This document shows, one piece after another, positions 25,086 to 39,000 of a DNA stretch of 64,000 nucleotides. Every line of letters starts with the position of its first letter. The stretch's first letter is position 1. This stretch comes from Tubulanus polymorphus (lineage: Eukaryota; Animalia; Nemertea), in NCBI RefSeq assembly GCF_964204645.1, contig NC_134027.1, positions 20,980,560-21,044,559 on the forward strand, given 5' to 3'. Position numbers and translations under genes: made by a program. The notes below the pieces were generated by a model. That model saw only the letters and a program-made list of their open reading frames with translations. It did no database searches and was not told the DNA's origin.

Positions 25086-25879
25086 GTAAGTACATAACCG
25101 CATCAAACGGGGCCCCTCCCCCAGACATTTTGGAAAAGACAGTGTCCTTTTTGGTTTCTCGGTACCTCTGCCCCCACCCCAAACAGAAAATTCAAATTCT
25201 AGGTATGGTGCACCTTTTTACACTTTTATGCTACACGCGTCATTGCTCAATGAATACATTTGAATACAAGAAAAATGGAATCAACGATATATCAAACGTT
25301 TTATGCTGTTCCTTTGAAATGAGATGACAGCTTACCATCATGTTAAATCCACAGATACAAATGAAGAGTCGAAACGTTTCCTTAAATCGACATTATCCTA
25401 ATAGTCATCTTCAGAAATTCGTTACAATGAAATATTATGAAGGTTAGAATTATGCTTCTTAGTTTTGAATAACCGCATTCACCTTCATATTTCTGAAATT
25501 AAAACTCGTGATCCATTTTTCATTCTACACATTTCTAAATAGACATTTTGCAGCACTCTTTATTGACAACTCAAGACTCTTTTATAAAGATGTTTTCTTA
25601 ATTGGAAAACCATACGTATCACTAGGTTTTTTAATTCATGAATCGAACTTTCATTTATTTTTCTTAATTTCCTTATCGTACGTATTTCTGTCTTAATTGA
25701 TTTGATTTGGAATGTACTTATGATTAAATGAAAAAAAAAGATTTAGCTTTTTAAGCAAATGGGATGAAGTTATTCAAATTACTAAATCCCCGAGTTTCTG
25801 AAGTCTCGTCTCATCAAAAATAGCTGAATTCGTTTTTTCGAGAGGCCAAGATTGTGGTACAGATATACAGGTCCTAATT

Positions 25880-26900
25880 TCATTCTTCACTATTACAATG
25901 ACTAGTTCCCGTCACCTGTTTATCAGCGCTACTTGTATTCAGCAATTCTTCGCATTCGATGTGACTGCTTGAGTGCATCTGGTGCACACACTTATGACGA
26001 TGATGAAAATAATCTGCATAATCTGTATTTGTCAAAATTACAGGACCTATTCTCATTCTTCGTGGACACAATGACTAGCTCCCATCACCTCTAAATCAGT
26101 GTTATTTGTTTCCAGCAAATCCTAGCGTATTGTGTGACTGCTTGAGTGCATTTGGTGCAAACATCTTTGACAATGCTGGAAATAATCTAGAGAATCTGCA
26201 ACACTCAGAATGACAGATCCTATGCACACTATTCATAAACACAATTACTGGTTCCCATCACCTATTTATCACCGCTATTTGTATTAAACAAATCTTCGCG
26301 TATTGTGTGTTTGCTTGAGTGCATTTGGAGCAATATCTTTGACCATGCCGGAAATAATCGACAGAATCTTGAACACTAAGAATGACAGATCCTATGCCCA
26401 TTATTCATAAACACAATTACTGGTCCCCATCACCTATTTATCACTGCTATTTGTATTAAACAAATCTTCGCGTATTGTGTGACTGCTTGAGTGCATTTGG
26501 TGCAAACTTCTTTGACAATGCTAGAAATAATCTACAGAATCTGCAACACTCAGAATGACAGATGCTATGTCCATTCTACACGAACACAATAACTGGTCCC
26601 CGTCACCTGTTTTTTCATCCTGCTTGAACTGAATGCTCCCGTCACCTGTTTATCAGTGCTATTTGCATTCAGCAAATCTTCACCTACTGTTTGACTGCTG
26701 GGATGCATTCGGTGCACTCACCTTTGACGACGATGGAAATAACCTGCAACTCACAGAAATACAGGTTCTAATTATCATTCTTCACAAACACAATCACTGG
26801 TTCCCATCACATGATTATCAGCACTATTTGTATTCAGCAATTCTTCGTGTTTTGTGAATATTTTTAATACGAGTGCATTTGATGCATACACTTAAACAAT
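25880..26900. repeat. ~172-bp tandem repeat, about 6 diverged copies
   Basis: Marker ACTRGYYCCCRTCAC at ~25901, 26075, 26247, 26419, 26592 and 26797. GACTGCTTGAGTGCATTTGGTGCA recurs in each unit. Confidence 0.85.
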
Positions 26901-27017
26901 GCTTAGATAAAAGAATGCATGACGCATTCTTCAGCTGATGTCAGCGATTCTGTTGTGTATTTAAGGTGGTGGAATTCCAAAGCAGACTGTCACACTCAAC
27001 GCTGAAAAGTGACAACG

Positions 27018-30000
27018 ATGTATTTCCACCAAAGTAAGTTTCATAACCATTTTCTCGACGAAGAAAACTGGTATTTACATTGAAGTCGAATTCGTTTCGA
27101 ATTTGTTGGTTCTCAGAATATTTCTGAGCACTGGTATCAAGAGGATGGTGTCATAATGAACTTTTACTGTAGGCCCTACTGATCTATTTCGTTTATGTGC
27201 TCAGACTATTTCAATTGTGTATTTTTTTCGACGTTGAACAAGGAATTTTAGTTTATTTTGTGGGATCTTTACAATCATGTAATTTTTTACAATTTTTCAG
27301 GTTGTACTGTCTCGTGCATAGTCCTCCTACAGATGTTCATCGCTTCGTCCACGGCGTTTATCTATTGGCCTGGTAAGTCCATTCTTTAACTCTTTTTGCA
27401 CATTTTACGTCAAATGTAAATGGGGAAATACATGTATTATTAATGTATTATAATAATCTAGCTCTATTATCCTGTATCCAATTCCTTCAACAATTATATC
27501 GATTATAGTTAATTTCTCAACTAACTTCAAATCATAACGATTTTTACGGAAGCGCCGACAGTACATGAATTTCAAAAAATACTTGTGGAGATAAACTATC
27601 TTGGAATAGACTAGTTTTTTTCATCTACAAATAACTTAGTTCCGAGTTCGCTAACGTAAACACCGAACCTCATGATGGTGTAATAGACCAATAAAGGAAT
27701 TGTGGCCAGGGTTTGTATTGGCATAAGCTTCGGCGGGACGAAATCAAACCCTGACAAGCGAGGATCCAGGAAGAAAGCCACTAAATATTTGGATGGATAT
27801 ATGAAAGCTGTGGGTACTGGAGTGTGTAATGGGTATTGTAGTGTGCTCTAGGTGCATTTGTGGCCAGCACACAGATCACATTGTTCAATAGGGTTTGGTC
27901 CAGGACTCGCGAGATTTTCAACAACACGGAAGTCACGTGTAATAAATGATGACTTGAATTGCATGGCTACCTACCACCCCTCATTATTGTTGGAAAACTA
28001 AACGTTCCGCACTGACTAAAAATTAGTAATAATAATAAATAACATTTTAGAAATGGCCAGAATTTTAACTTAGGTTCTATCTCATTTTTATTTTACAATT
28101 GCGATTGGTATAATTTTTTTTAAACAGCCGTTAAGGCTTCATGTTTCGTCTGCAATTCACTGCAAATAGTTACGCAACTACGCACATTTCAGTGTTTTTG
28201 GCAGCTATACACTCAATCGGCACCGTTCGTGACTAGCTTCACTGCGGAATTATCATTACTTAACATCGCCATATCACATCATCAACTTATATTGTGCCTT
28301 AAAACCCTAACAGCCGAAATAATTGAAATGCACACACGATTTCTATCATTGAAAATTGAGAGAGTGGCCGTGTTTGTGTTCTGCTGCTTCGCGTAAATCC
28401 CGCGGGGTGGCGCCACCGCGCGGAGTGGGGCCGATACGTCAAGTAAACTGTTCCGCTAGAATATCGTTGTGACTTTGGTAGACAAACTGTCACCCTCATA
28501 TAAGTCACACGAATAATTAAGATAAACATATACTTCTGAATATGGAAATAGTGATGATAGTTTAAGTATCTTACTTTGATGAAATATTAAATCTTGAAAT
28601 ATTTAATATCTTATTTAATCAACAGGTCAGACTAGTATTTGTATTCATGGTAATTAGCTCTAGTCAGTGCTCATCAATGATTAATTTCTGTCAATCATGT
28701 AACCAGGGGCCAGTTTTATAGACTGGTATTTACTTTAACCAGGGGGCTAACTCAATTTGTTTTTAACTGGATTAACCCCGGGGTTAATGGCTGGTTTTCA
28801 CGAGCGTGAAAACAGCGAAAACTTGGCCTCGACCTGGAAAACGCGAATATAGGTAAAAATGTCCCGGGGAAAAATGTTCCCGGAAAAAGATGTCCCATAA
28901 GGAAGAAAAAAAAGATGTCTTGGTCTGTCATTACTAATTTAGTGAATTTCACATCAAAATAACACCAGAGAACAAACTTGTTAATTGTGTAAATTGCACA
29001 CTAATCATAAAAAAAGAATTCATCGAGTGACCATGAGAAAGGCCTAGAATTTTGGCATCAGTCAATTTTGCCTATTGAGAATATGTGAACTCATTACATG
29101 ATACTTCAAATTTAAGAAGATGTTACAATTATAATACAAAAATTACATCTAAGTAGAGCTATTATTTGTAATCAAATGTCAAAATTGCTGTCAAAATATA
29201 TTACCATGTTTGTTCCCTGGTGTTATTATGATGTGAAATTAACTACCGGTACTACTAAGTTAGTAATGATAGACTGGGACATTCCGGGGACATTTTTTTC
29301 CTGGGACATATATTCCAGGACATTTTTTCCGAGGACATTTTAACTGTATACCGGAAAACGCGGCAGCTGGGAAAAGCTACTGCAAAATCTCTCAGCTGGA
29401 AATTGCTGGCTGGAAACCGCTCGTGAAAACCAGCCTCAATGGATTTAATGATTTTATTTTATTTCCTGTCGAAATTGTCTTGATTATTATTAAATAGTGT
29501 CACAGTGACACAGGATAACCAAACTGCTGCAAAAGCTTTAATGAATTTTGTGTCAATGGACGTCATTTGGCCGGAACGATTCCTAATTCACCTAAATATG
29601 TTACTGAGTATTTGAGTAACGCAAGAGATCGGAGTTCATTTTCCTGGAAACTGTAAAAAGGCTTATCAAGCCTTTTTACAGTTTCCAGGCGCCATTTTTT
29701 TGGGTACCCGCCGGGTCCGCATTGTTGAATTTTTTGTCCCTATTTTTCTCCGGTTTAATTTTTTTATTTCGTTCATATCTCTGGATTTGATTAAGATGGA
29801 AACAAAGTAGAAATATCGATGAACTCGGCTGATAATAAACTTTTTTATGATATCACTCATTTATAAAGTTAATGCAACAATGTGCGCTGGTGAAGTTATA
29901 AACATTGATATCGTCTTCCCGATAATTCAACTTGAATTATTGCTCATCTCATTCAAAAGTTCGTAATTCTTACAAATATTAATCTACATTTTTGAAATTT

Positions 30001-33000
30001 TCAGGATCAATAGCCATCTATATGTGGTCTTATATACGTTTTACCGTTTTCAATTATCTTTATTAGTTTTTAAGTAATTGCGAGTCAAACTTCCAAAACA
30101 CGTTTTCTAGAGTATCATGTGTGCATATTTATATCAAGAAATTTGCCAATTTAACCGGTCCTACATTGTTAAAATCAAAATTTTCAGTAGCTATGGAAAC
30201 AAGGGCACCTAGTTATTTGAAAAAAATGGTAAATAGAGATATATTTCTAGTAACACAGGGACAGACTACGGGTTTGGAGGGTCGGTAGTCCGGACCCCTG
30301 CTCCTTCCCATTAAGATTACCATCTTTGTCAAGACAGTGATCGCATAAAACTTACAAATCTAACACTCATCCTCTTGCAAATTAAATTGTTTTGGACGTA
30401 TTTGTTTCAACACCGAGGGGCACCCTACTCACAGCCTTAAACCACGGAAAATGTCCTTATTTTTGGACCCCTCTCCCAATCATCTAAGATAGTCAAAAAA
30501 GTCGAAATAAGTCTTAGTGTCAGGCATTTAAGTTTCATTGATCTCCCGTCTATATTATATCGTTTCACAGTATATTGCATCAATGAAATATGGCCGTTGG
30601 CAGGTGATTCTGGAGCCAGTTGCTCAAAAGTTAACCATCAGAAATACCATGGTGTAATGGCGAGCACTCGGTCTTCAGTTAAATACCGGTACCCGATTTA
30701 CATTTTTGAATTTTCAGCAGCAGCTCCACACAAATGGAGGCAGCCACGGCCGTGTCAAACTTGACGCTTGCAAACCGTTGGATCGGCTTTGCTTTTTTGA
30801 GAATGTTCGATGTTCGATCTTTATTACTGATCGTGACAAGAGCTGGAAGGTGTTTCAAATTGAATTTGAATATATTTGGCTTAGTCGATTGTGTTGGAAA
30901 GATTGGAACTTTGGAATATATTAGTAAGGAACATAACTTTCGTTTACTTTCTGTCAAAATTGATCTCGTGTGTTTGATAGTTGTTTTGAGATTTGGCACG
31001 AATTCCAAGTCAGTTTTGATCACACAAGGTCTGTATTAGCCCACTTCACGTAAGTAGCCATGCAAATTTGCGACGGCAATGCGACGCAGCATTGAGACTG
31101 TGGTCCTCATACATGTGCCACATAATGTCTGACTTTCACATTTGCAATCGTATACCCGTACGTGCAGTTTTGGAATCGAATGAAACACGTTGGACAAAAT
31201 GATCTGTTGTGAACCTAGGTAGCTGGTTAAAGCAACACCTGGGTTATTTTGTTTATTTTGACAAATCCTAGAGAATATATATCTTTAATAACCATTTTTC
31301 AAAAACCTAGGTGCCCTTATTTCCATGGTTACTTAATAAATTGATTTTCAACAAAGTAGGGACCGGTGAAATTGTGAAATTTCCTGATATAAAGATGCAC
31401 CCAGGGGACCCGGGAAAACGTGTTTTGGAAGTTTGACTCGCAATTACTTAAAAACTAATAAAGATAATTGAAAACGGTAAAACGTATATAAGACCACATA
31501 TAGATGGCTATTGGTCCTGAAAATTTCAAAAATGTAGATTAATATTTGTAAGAATTACGAACTTTTGAATGGGATGAGCAATAATTCAAGTTGAATTATC
31601 GGGAAGACGATATCAATGTTTATAACTTCACCAGCGCACATTGTTGCATTAACTCTATAAATGAGTGATATCATAAAAAAGTTTATTATCAGCCGAGTTC
31701 ATCGATATTTTTACTTTGTTTCTATCTTAATCAAATCCAGAGATATGAACGAAATAAAAAAATTAAACCGGAGAAAAATAGGGACAAAAAATTCAACAAT
31801 GCGGACCCGGCGGGTACCCAAAAAAATGGCGCCTGGAAACTGTAAAAAGGCTTATTCAACCACTGCTAGCGAGATAGAAAACCGAGCTGAAATGCAAAGG
31901 TACATCTGGTTCTAATACCAGAATAATATATCTTTCTCGTGTCATAGTCAGTATTTATTACTTCCATAAAACAAATATTTCTGGTTGGAATTTCAACCAA
32001 GAAATATCTTTGATTGGTATATCTAATATTTTGATTGGCATGTTGATTATTTTGAGTGGAATCTGGACCAGGAGGTAATTCTGGCATTTCTTATTGGCAT
32101 GTAAATTATTTTGAATAGTATCTCTCATTCGACTTTTTAAAAGTAACATTTTTTTAGAGAACTTGATTTATGATAGGGAAGTGTATAATATTTAAGAAAG
32201 AATTCTGAAATATCTAATTTTGGTGAATTTGCACCAGGAAGATAGATCTAGTCTTCGTGTGTATTATTATAATATGACGATGACGGCATCGTTACAAAAT
32301 TTTTCAAAAGGTTCTGAAATCAGTAATTGATTTGAGAGCATCTCAAAATTTCTATAGTTCCGTCAGTTAGGATAAGTGTCTAATTGGTTTTAACCCCGCC
32401 CCCCTACCCTCCCCCCCAAAAAAATACCATCAGCATCTAAAAGAGAGACGGTTCAATCTACTGCTTGTAAGATATATATATTTGAAACTGCAATTCAATT
32501 CAATTTATCTCGCACCGCTAGTTCAGCAGTCGTGATGAATCCGCGGGAGACCTTAACCCCTTCCGCGAGTTATTCTAATTGAAGTAACCATCGAAATTTT
32601 GAGATGCTCCCTAAACATGTTCTTAGTAATAATATCAATTTCTATTGTTCCGTCTTTATCTAAAATACTTGGAAAATTTTGACACTAGTGCACTAACGTA
32701 CTTACGAACTAGATATGTTACTCAAAGGGTGAAAAGTCAATTTTGTTTACCGTTCATCATCAGAATTATTTTGGCCTCTCTTTTAGGACAATTGGCTGCC
32801 GATTTTGAAAAGGATAACGGAAGGTGGATCTCGCGGAGAACAACTGCATGGACGAGACGGTCGGGCAAAACAGTATATAAATTCGGTCCAAGTGGAGATC
32901 ATACGACTGGAATAGGTACGAAAAGTTTCAAACTCACACAACACCTACCATACACCCCTAACCTGCCTTGATCTCTGAGAATATGATGTTGACGAGATTG

Positions 33001-36000
33001 TTAAGTTGAAAGTGGTTATACAATTAAACTGTAGTAGATTTTAATAGTTAGAAAGTTAAATAGTGTGCAGTTGAATATTTACTCTCCTTTCAGGAATGTA
33101 TCTGTTTGCCCTAGGTGGTCAACGCAAGCTTGAAGCAAATACCATATCACCGTCTGACGCCTGCGTTATGAAATTTTATTATCACATTGGTTCAAAAACT
33201 GGGAAACTAGAAGTTACACTCAACCGAAAAGTTGCATTTAATATATCTGGTTATCGGGGAAATAATTGGAAACCGGGATCAGTTAACATTGCAAAAGGAA
33301 GGTCCAAAGTACGTACTCAGCGCAGTACCCTAATATTTCTTTAGATTGTTTATCTTTAGTCATCAATTCCAAAATGTATTTTCTATGTTTTTTCAGATCC
33401 AGTTTGTTACTAACCAAGGAGTCACTGCTTACTCCATTATAGCTATTGATGACATTACATTTACTGCGGATTGCAATGTGGCACCAGGTTTGTTAGGAGG
33501 AAGTTACTACACAAATACAGCCGATCGCAATGAAATAGCGCAAATTTTCGTTGTAATCTAAAACTAATTACCAATCACTGACTCCTTCATGTAGCGCTAT
33601 CTCGCGGGTCCAAAGATATGATAATCAAAGAGTAGGTCTTCTGCAATTTATATCATTTCTATTACGTAGGACTATTGACTAACGATTTTGAGACAGATTA
33701 CGGAAAGTGGATCGCGCAGGGAACATTACGATGGACGAGACGATCAGGCAGTACACCATCTTCAAACACCGGTTCAGATGGAGATCATACTACTGGAAAC
33801 GGTACGAGCAAGTTCGAACTCATAAAACCTCATCCATATGCCCCTCACCTCCCTCAATCAATGAGAATATGAAGTTATGGATATTGTGAAATTTTAAATT
33901 GGCGGTCATACAATTTAATAGAATGGTAACAAGCAGTGTTCAATATCTACTCTGATTTCAGGAACATATTTGTATGTGATAACATCCGGGAAAAAGCAAG
34001 GATATGCAGCCAGTTTTTCAGCATATACCCATTCAGTGTCTAATGCTTGCTTCATGAACTTTCATTATCACATGTATGGATCAACGATGGGGAAATTAGA
34101 GGTTAAACTCAACAGAAACGTTGTATTTGATAAATCTGGTGATCAGGGTAACGAATGGAAACATGGATCAGTTGCAATTGGAAAAGGAAACGCGGCGGTA
34201 TGTACTCAGTGTACAGCTTAGAATTTTTGATTTAACATTGACCAACAATCTGAGTAATTGTCTGTATTTGCAGATCGACTTTGTCGCTACTCGGGGAAGC
34301 GGTGAAAAGTCTGAAATAGCTATTGATGACGTTCAATTTACTGCGGGATGCAGCCCGACAGTGTCACCAGGTTAGTTTTACAAAAAATTTAATTTTCGAC
34401 ACAAGTTAAAGATGAAGACAAAGGGAGGTGATCAAGCCATTTTAAAAGCAAATACCCAATCAGCATCTGACGCCTGCACCATGAACTTTTATTATCATAT
34501 GTATGGTAATTCGATGGGAAAATTAGAAGTTAAGGTCAACGAAAATGTCTTATTCAATAAATCTGGTAATCAGGGATATTTTTGGAAAAAGGGAACAGTT
34601 CCAATTAGGCAAGGAAACGCCGCGGTACGTACTCAGTGCACACCTGTCAATTTGTCAATGTTTGTAGATCAAAATTGCCTTTTTGTAGATTTTACCAACA
34701 ATCTGAGAAATGTATTTTGTTTGTTTTTTTTTCAGATCCAGTTTGTCGCTACTTGGGGAAGCGCAATTTGGTCCGACATAGCTATTGACGACATCGAATT
34801 TTCTACGGGATGCAGCCCGACAACTGTGGCACCAGGTTTGTTACGTACTTTGAATTTGCAACACAGGTATAGCTATCGCGATAAGATACCGTATTGAAAA
34901 TGATTGTTAGAATCTGAACCTGTCGCATTTGAAAAAGGACTCTAACGAATCCAAAGATATAAGCAATGAGAACGACTAGTCATTTTGTCTGTAATTCATT
35001 TTCTATTTCATAGGACAATTGACCACCGATTTTGACAAGGATGATGGAATGTGGATATCGCAGGGAACAATACAATGGACGAGACAATCAGGCAGTACAT
35101 CGTCTTCAGACACTGGTCCGAGTGGAGATCATACGACAGGAAATGGTACAAAATCTGTGAGAATATGATGTTAGCGAGATCATTGAGTTGAAAATAGGTG
35201 GTTTTACAATGGTATCATGATGAACGATGTTCAATATTTTCACCCATTTTAGGAACGTATGTGTACCTGGAAGCTTCCGGGAAACGCGTAGGTGATCAAG
35301 CCAAATTTGAAGCAAATACCCTATAAGTGTCCGACTCCTGCTTCATGAACTTCTATTACCACATGTATGGTTCAACTTTGGGAGTATTGGAAGTAAAACT
35401 CAACGGAAACGTTGTATTAGAAAGATCTGGAGATCAGGGAAACGAGTGGAAACAAGGATCAGTTCGAATTGCAAAAGGATACGCCGATGTACGTATTCTG
35501 CACAGAGCTAATTATTTCAACTTTCACTGAATATTTGAGAAATGTCTTTTATTCTTCTCAGATCAAGATTGTCGCTACTCGGGGTAACGGTGATATGTCC
35601 AATATTGCTATTGATGACGTCAAATTTTCTACAGAATGCACTACGACACCAGGTTTGTTAATTTGAAACTTTAACACGAGTATAACTGATTGCGAAAAGA
35701 TATTAACCCTTGCGATTAAGTGGTTTGAATCGAATAACTAATCACGTTTGAAAACAGACTCCTTTTTCCAACTGGTTCGAAAACATGATAATGAAAATAG
35801 GCCCGTAATTTTATCTATAATTATTTTTATTCCTTACGTATGACGATTGACTACTGATTTTGAAACGGATGCAGGACTATGGATATCGCAAGGAATATTA
35901 GAATGGACGAGACGATCAGGCAGTACAGCATCTTCAAACACCGGTCCAGATGGAGATCATACTACTGGAAATGGTAGAAACAGTTTCTAACTCATGTTGG

Positions 36001-39000
36001 CCATACACCCTACATCTCCCTTAATCTCTGAGAATATTAGGTCAACGAAATCGTCAACTAGAAAATATGTGGTTAAAATGGTATTACGACAAGCAGTGTT
36101 TATTGTGATATATACTCTCATTTCAGGAATGTATGTATATGTAGAAACTTCAGGCAAAGATCCTGGTGATCAAGCCAGTTTTGGGGCAATTACCCAATCA
36201 GCGTCTGACGCCTGCTTTATGAGTTTTTACTATCACATGCATGGTTCAACGATGGGGAAACTAGAAGTAAGACTCAACGGAAAAGTGATATTTTCGAAAT
36301 CTGGTGATCAGGGAAACCGATGGAAACGTGGAACAGTTGTGATTGGACAAGGAAACACCAAGGTACGTCCTCGGTGAATAGCTTTGAATATCCTTAATTT
36401 GTTTATGTCCTACCAACAATCTGAAGACAATGTACTTGGTCTTTTTTTCAGATCGAGTTTGTTGCTACTCGGGGAAACGGTTTTATGTCCGATATAGCTA
36501 TTGATGACATCAAATTTACCACGGGATGCACTCTTACCGTGACACCAGGCACGTTAGTTTCAAGTTGGGACATAGGCATATAGCTGACGGCAATAAGATA
36601 TTGAAAAGGGTGGTTAGGATCTGATAACTAATCACGTTTGAAAACGGAGTTTCCTTTATGTTAAGGTCCAAAGATATGTTAATTAGATTAGACCTAGTTA
36701 ATTTACGTCCATAAATCATTTTCTATTACGTAGGACAATTGACTACCGATTTTGAGACGGATAACGGGAAGTGGATATCGCTGGGAAGGTTGCAATGGAC
36801 GAGAAAATCAGGCAGTACACCATTTTCTGGCACCGGTCCAATCAGAGATCATACAACTGGAAATGGTACGAACAGTTTCTTCCTCATAAAACATCGTCCA
36901 TACACCGCAAACCTCCCTTTACTTATAAGATTATGAAGTTAATGAGGTTGTGGAGTTGAAAGTAGATGTTCACACAATTAAATGGTATTAAAACGAGCGG
37001 TGTTTAATAATAACTAACTCTCATCTTAGGAACGTATGTGTACATGGAAGCTTCCGGGAAACGTGTAGGTGATCAAGCCAAATTTGAAGCAAATACGCTA
37101 TCAGTGTCCGACTCCTGCTTCGTGAACTTCTATTACCACATGTATGGTTCAACTATGGGAGTATTGGAAGTAAAACTCAACGGAAACGTTGTATTTTCAA
37201 AATCTGGTGATCAGGGAAATCAATGGATACAGGGATCAGTTCAAATATCAAAAGGATACGCAACGGTACGTACTCTATACACAGCTAAATGTTTTATCTT
37301 AACTTTTACTGAATATTTGAGAAATGAATCTTGTTTTTCTCAGATCGAGTTTGTCGCTACTCGGGGTAACGGTAATAAGTCCAGTATAGCTATTGATGAC
37401 GTCAGATTTACTTCGGAATGCACTGCGACACCAGGTTTGTTTGTTTGAAGTGGTGACACGAGTATAGCTGATTGCAATTAGATATTGCAAGTATTGGTTT
37501 AAATCTAATTACTAATCATGTTAGAAACCGGACTCCTTTATCTGGCGGGTCCAATATTATGATAATCCAAGATAAGGCCTAGTCAATTCAATCTTTTAAT
37601 CATTTTGTTTTGCGTAGAACAATTGGCTACCGATTTTGAGACGGATACTGGATTATGGAACTCGGAAGGTATATTACAATGGACGAGACGATCCAGCAGG
37701 ACACCATCTCCAAAAACCGGTCCAAATGGAGATCATACGACTGGAACTGGTACGAGCAGTTTCTAATCGTCCATCTACCACCCCCTAACTTCCCTTAATC
37801 TGTGAGGATATGAAGTTAAGGAAATTTGTGAAGTGGAAAGTATGTGGTTGAAACTGATATTTATCACAAGCAGTGGTCAGTATATATTATATACTTTCAT
37901 TTCAGGAACCTATGTATATGTAGAAACATCCTGGAAAAAACCAGGTGATCAAGCCAGTTTTGGAGCGATTACCCAATCAGCGTCCAACGCATGCTTCATG
38001 AGTTTTTACTATCACATGTATGGTTCACACATGGGAAAATTAGAAGTAAAACTCAACGGAAACGTTGTATTTTCGAAATCTGGTGATCAGGGAAACCGAT
38101 GGAAACGTGGAACAGTTGTGATTGGACAAGGAAACACCAAGGTATGTATTCAGTGTACAGCTTTACATGTCCTCAATTCGTTCATCTTTTACCAAAAATC
38201 TGAAAAAACTATTTCATCTGTTTTCAGATCGAGTTTGTCGCTATTCGGGGAAGAGGTGTTAGGTCCGACATAGCTATTGATGACATCAAATTTACTACGG
38301 GTTGTACCCCAACAACTGTGGCACCAGGTTTGTTAGTTTAAAGTTGCGATATAGGTATAGCTGATCGCAATATAATACTGAAACTGGTGGTTAGAAAACA
38401 TGTAATAACTAGTCATGTTTGAGAACGGGGGTCTCCTTTATCAAACATATCCAAAGATATGATAATCAAAGAGAAGACCTAGTCCATTTCAGTTATAATT
38501 AATTTTCAATTACGTAGGACAGTTAACTACCGATTTTGAGACGGGTAACGGAAAGTGGATTTCACAGGGAACATTACAGTGGACGAGAAAATCAGGCGGT
38601 ACACCATCTCCTGGCACCGGTCCAAGGGAAGATCATACTACTGGAAAGGGTACGAACAGTTTCTTACTCGTGCAACATCGTCCATACACCCCTCGCCTGC
38701 CTTTATCTGTTATAATAAGTCGATAATGGATTAGTTAGTTGAGAATAGGTGGTCATTCAATTCAATTGTATCACGACGAGCAGTGTTCAATATGAACTCA
38801 TATTTCAGGAACGTATGAGTACCTGAAAGCTTACAGGAAAAAGCTGTCTTACAATGGTATCATGATGAGCGATGTTCAATATTTTCACTCATTTTAGGAA
38901 CGTATGTGTACCTGGAAGCTTCCTGGAAACGTGTAGGTGCTCAAGCAAGGTTTGAAGCAAATACCCTATCTGTGTCTAAGTCCTGCGCCATGAACTTTTA

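Noticed and set aside
25360-25420. Further hammerhead-like CTGAAGATGAC remnant in the lectin A intron (similar at ~46070)
   Set aside because: The GAAA box and stems are disrupted; at most a dead Penelope-like relic.
29666-31915. Identical 64-aa ORFs (MSDIIKKF...) on opposite strands
   Set aside because: A consequence of the inverted repeat arms; no recognisable domain and AT-rich transposon composition.
35324-35326. Stop-codon recoding in MAM module 4
   Set aside because: The stop is TAA, the paralogous codon is TCA, and neighbouring modules carry independent lesions, so mutation is the better explanation.
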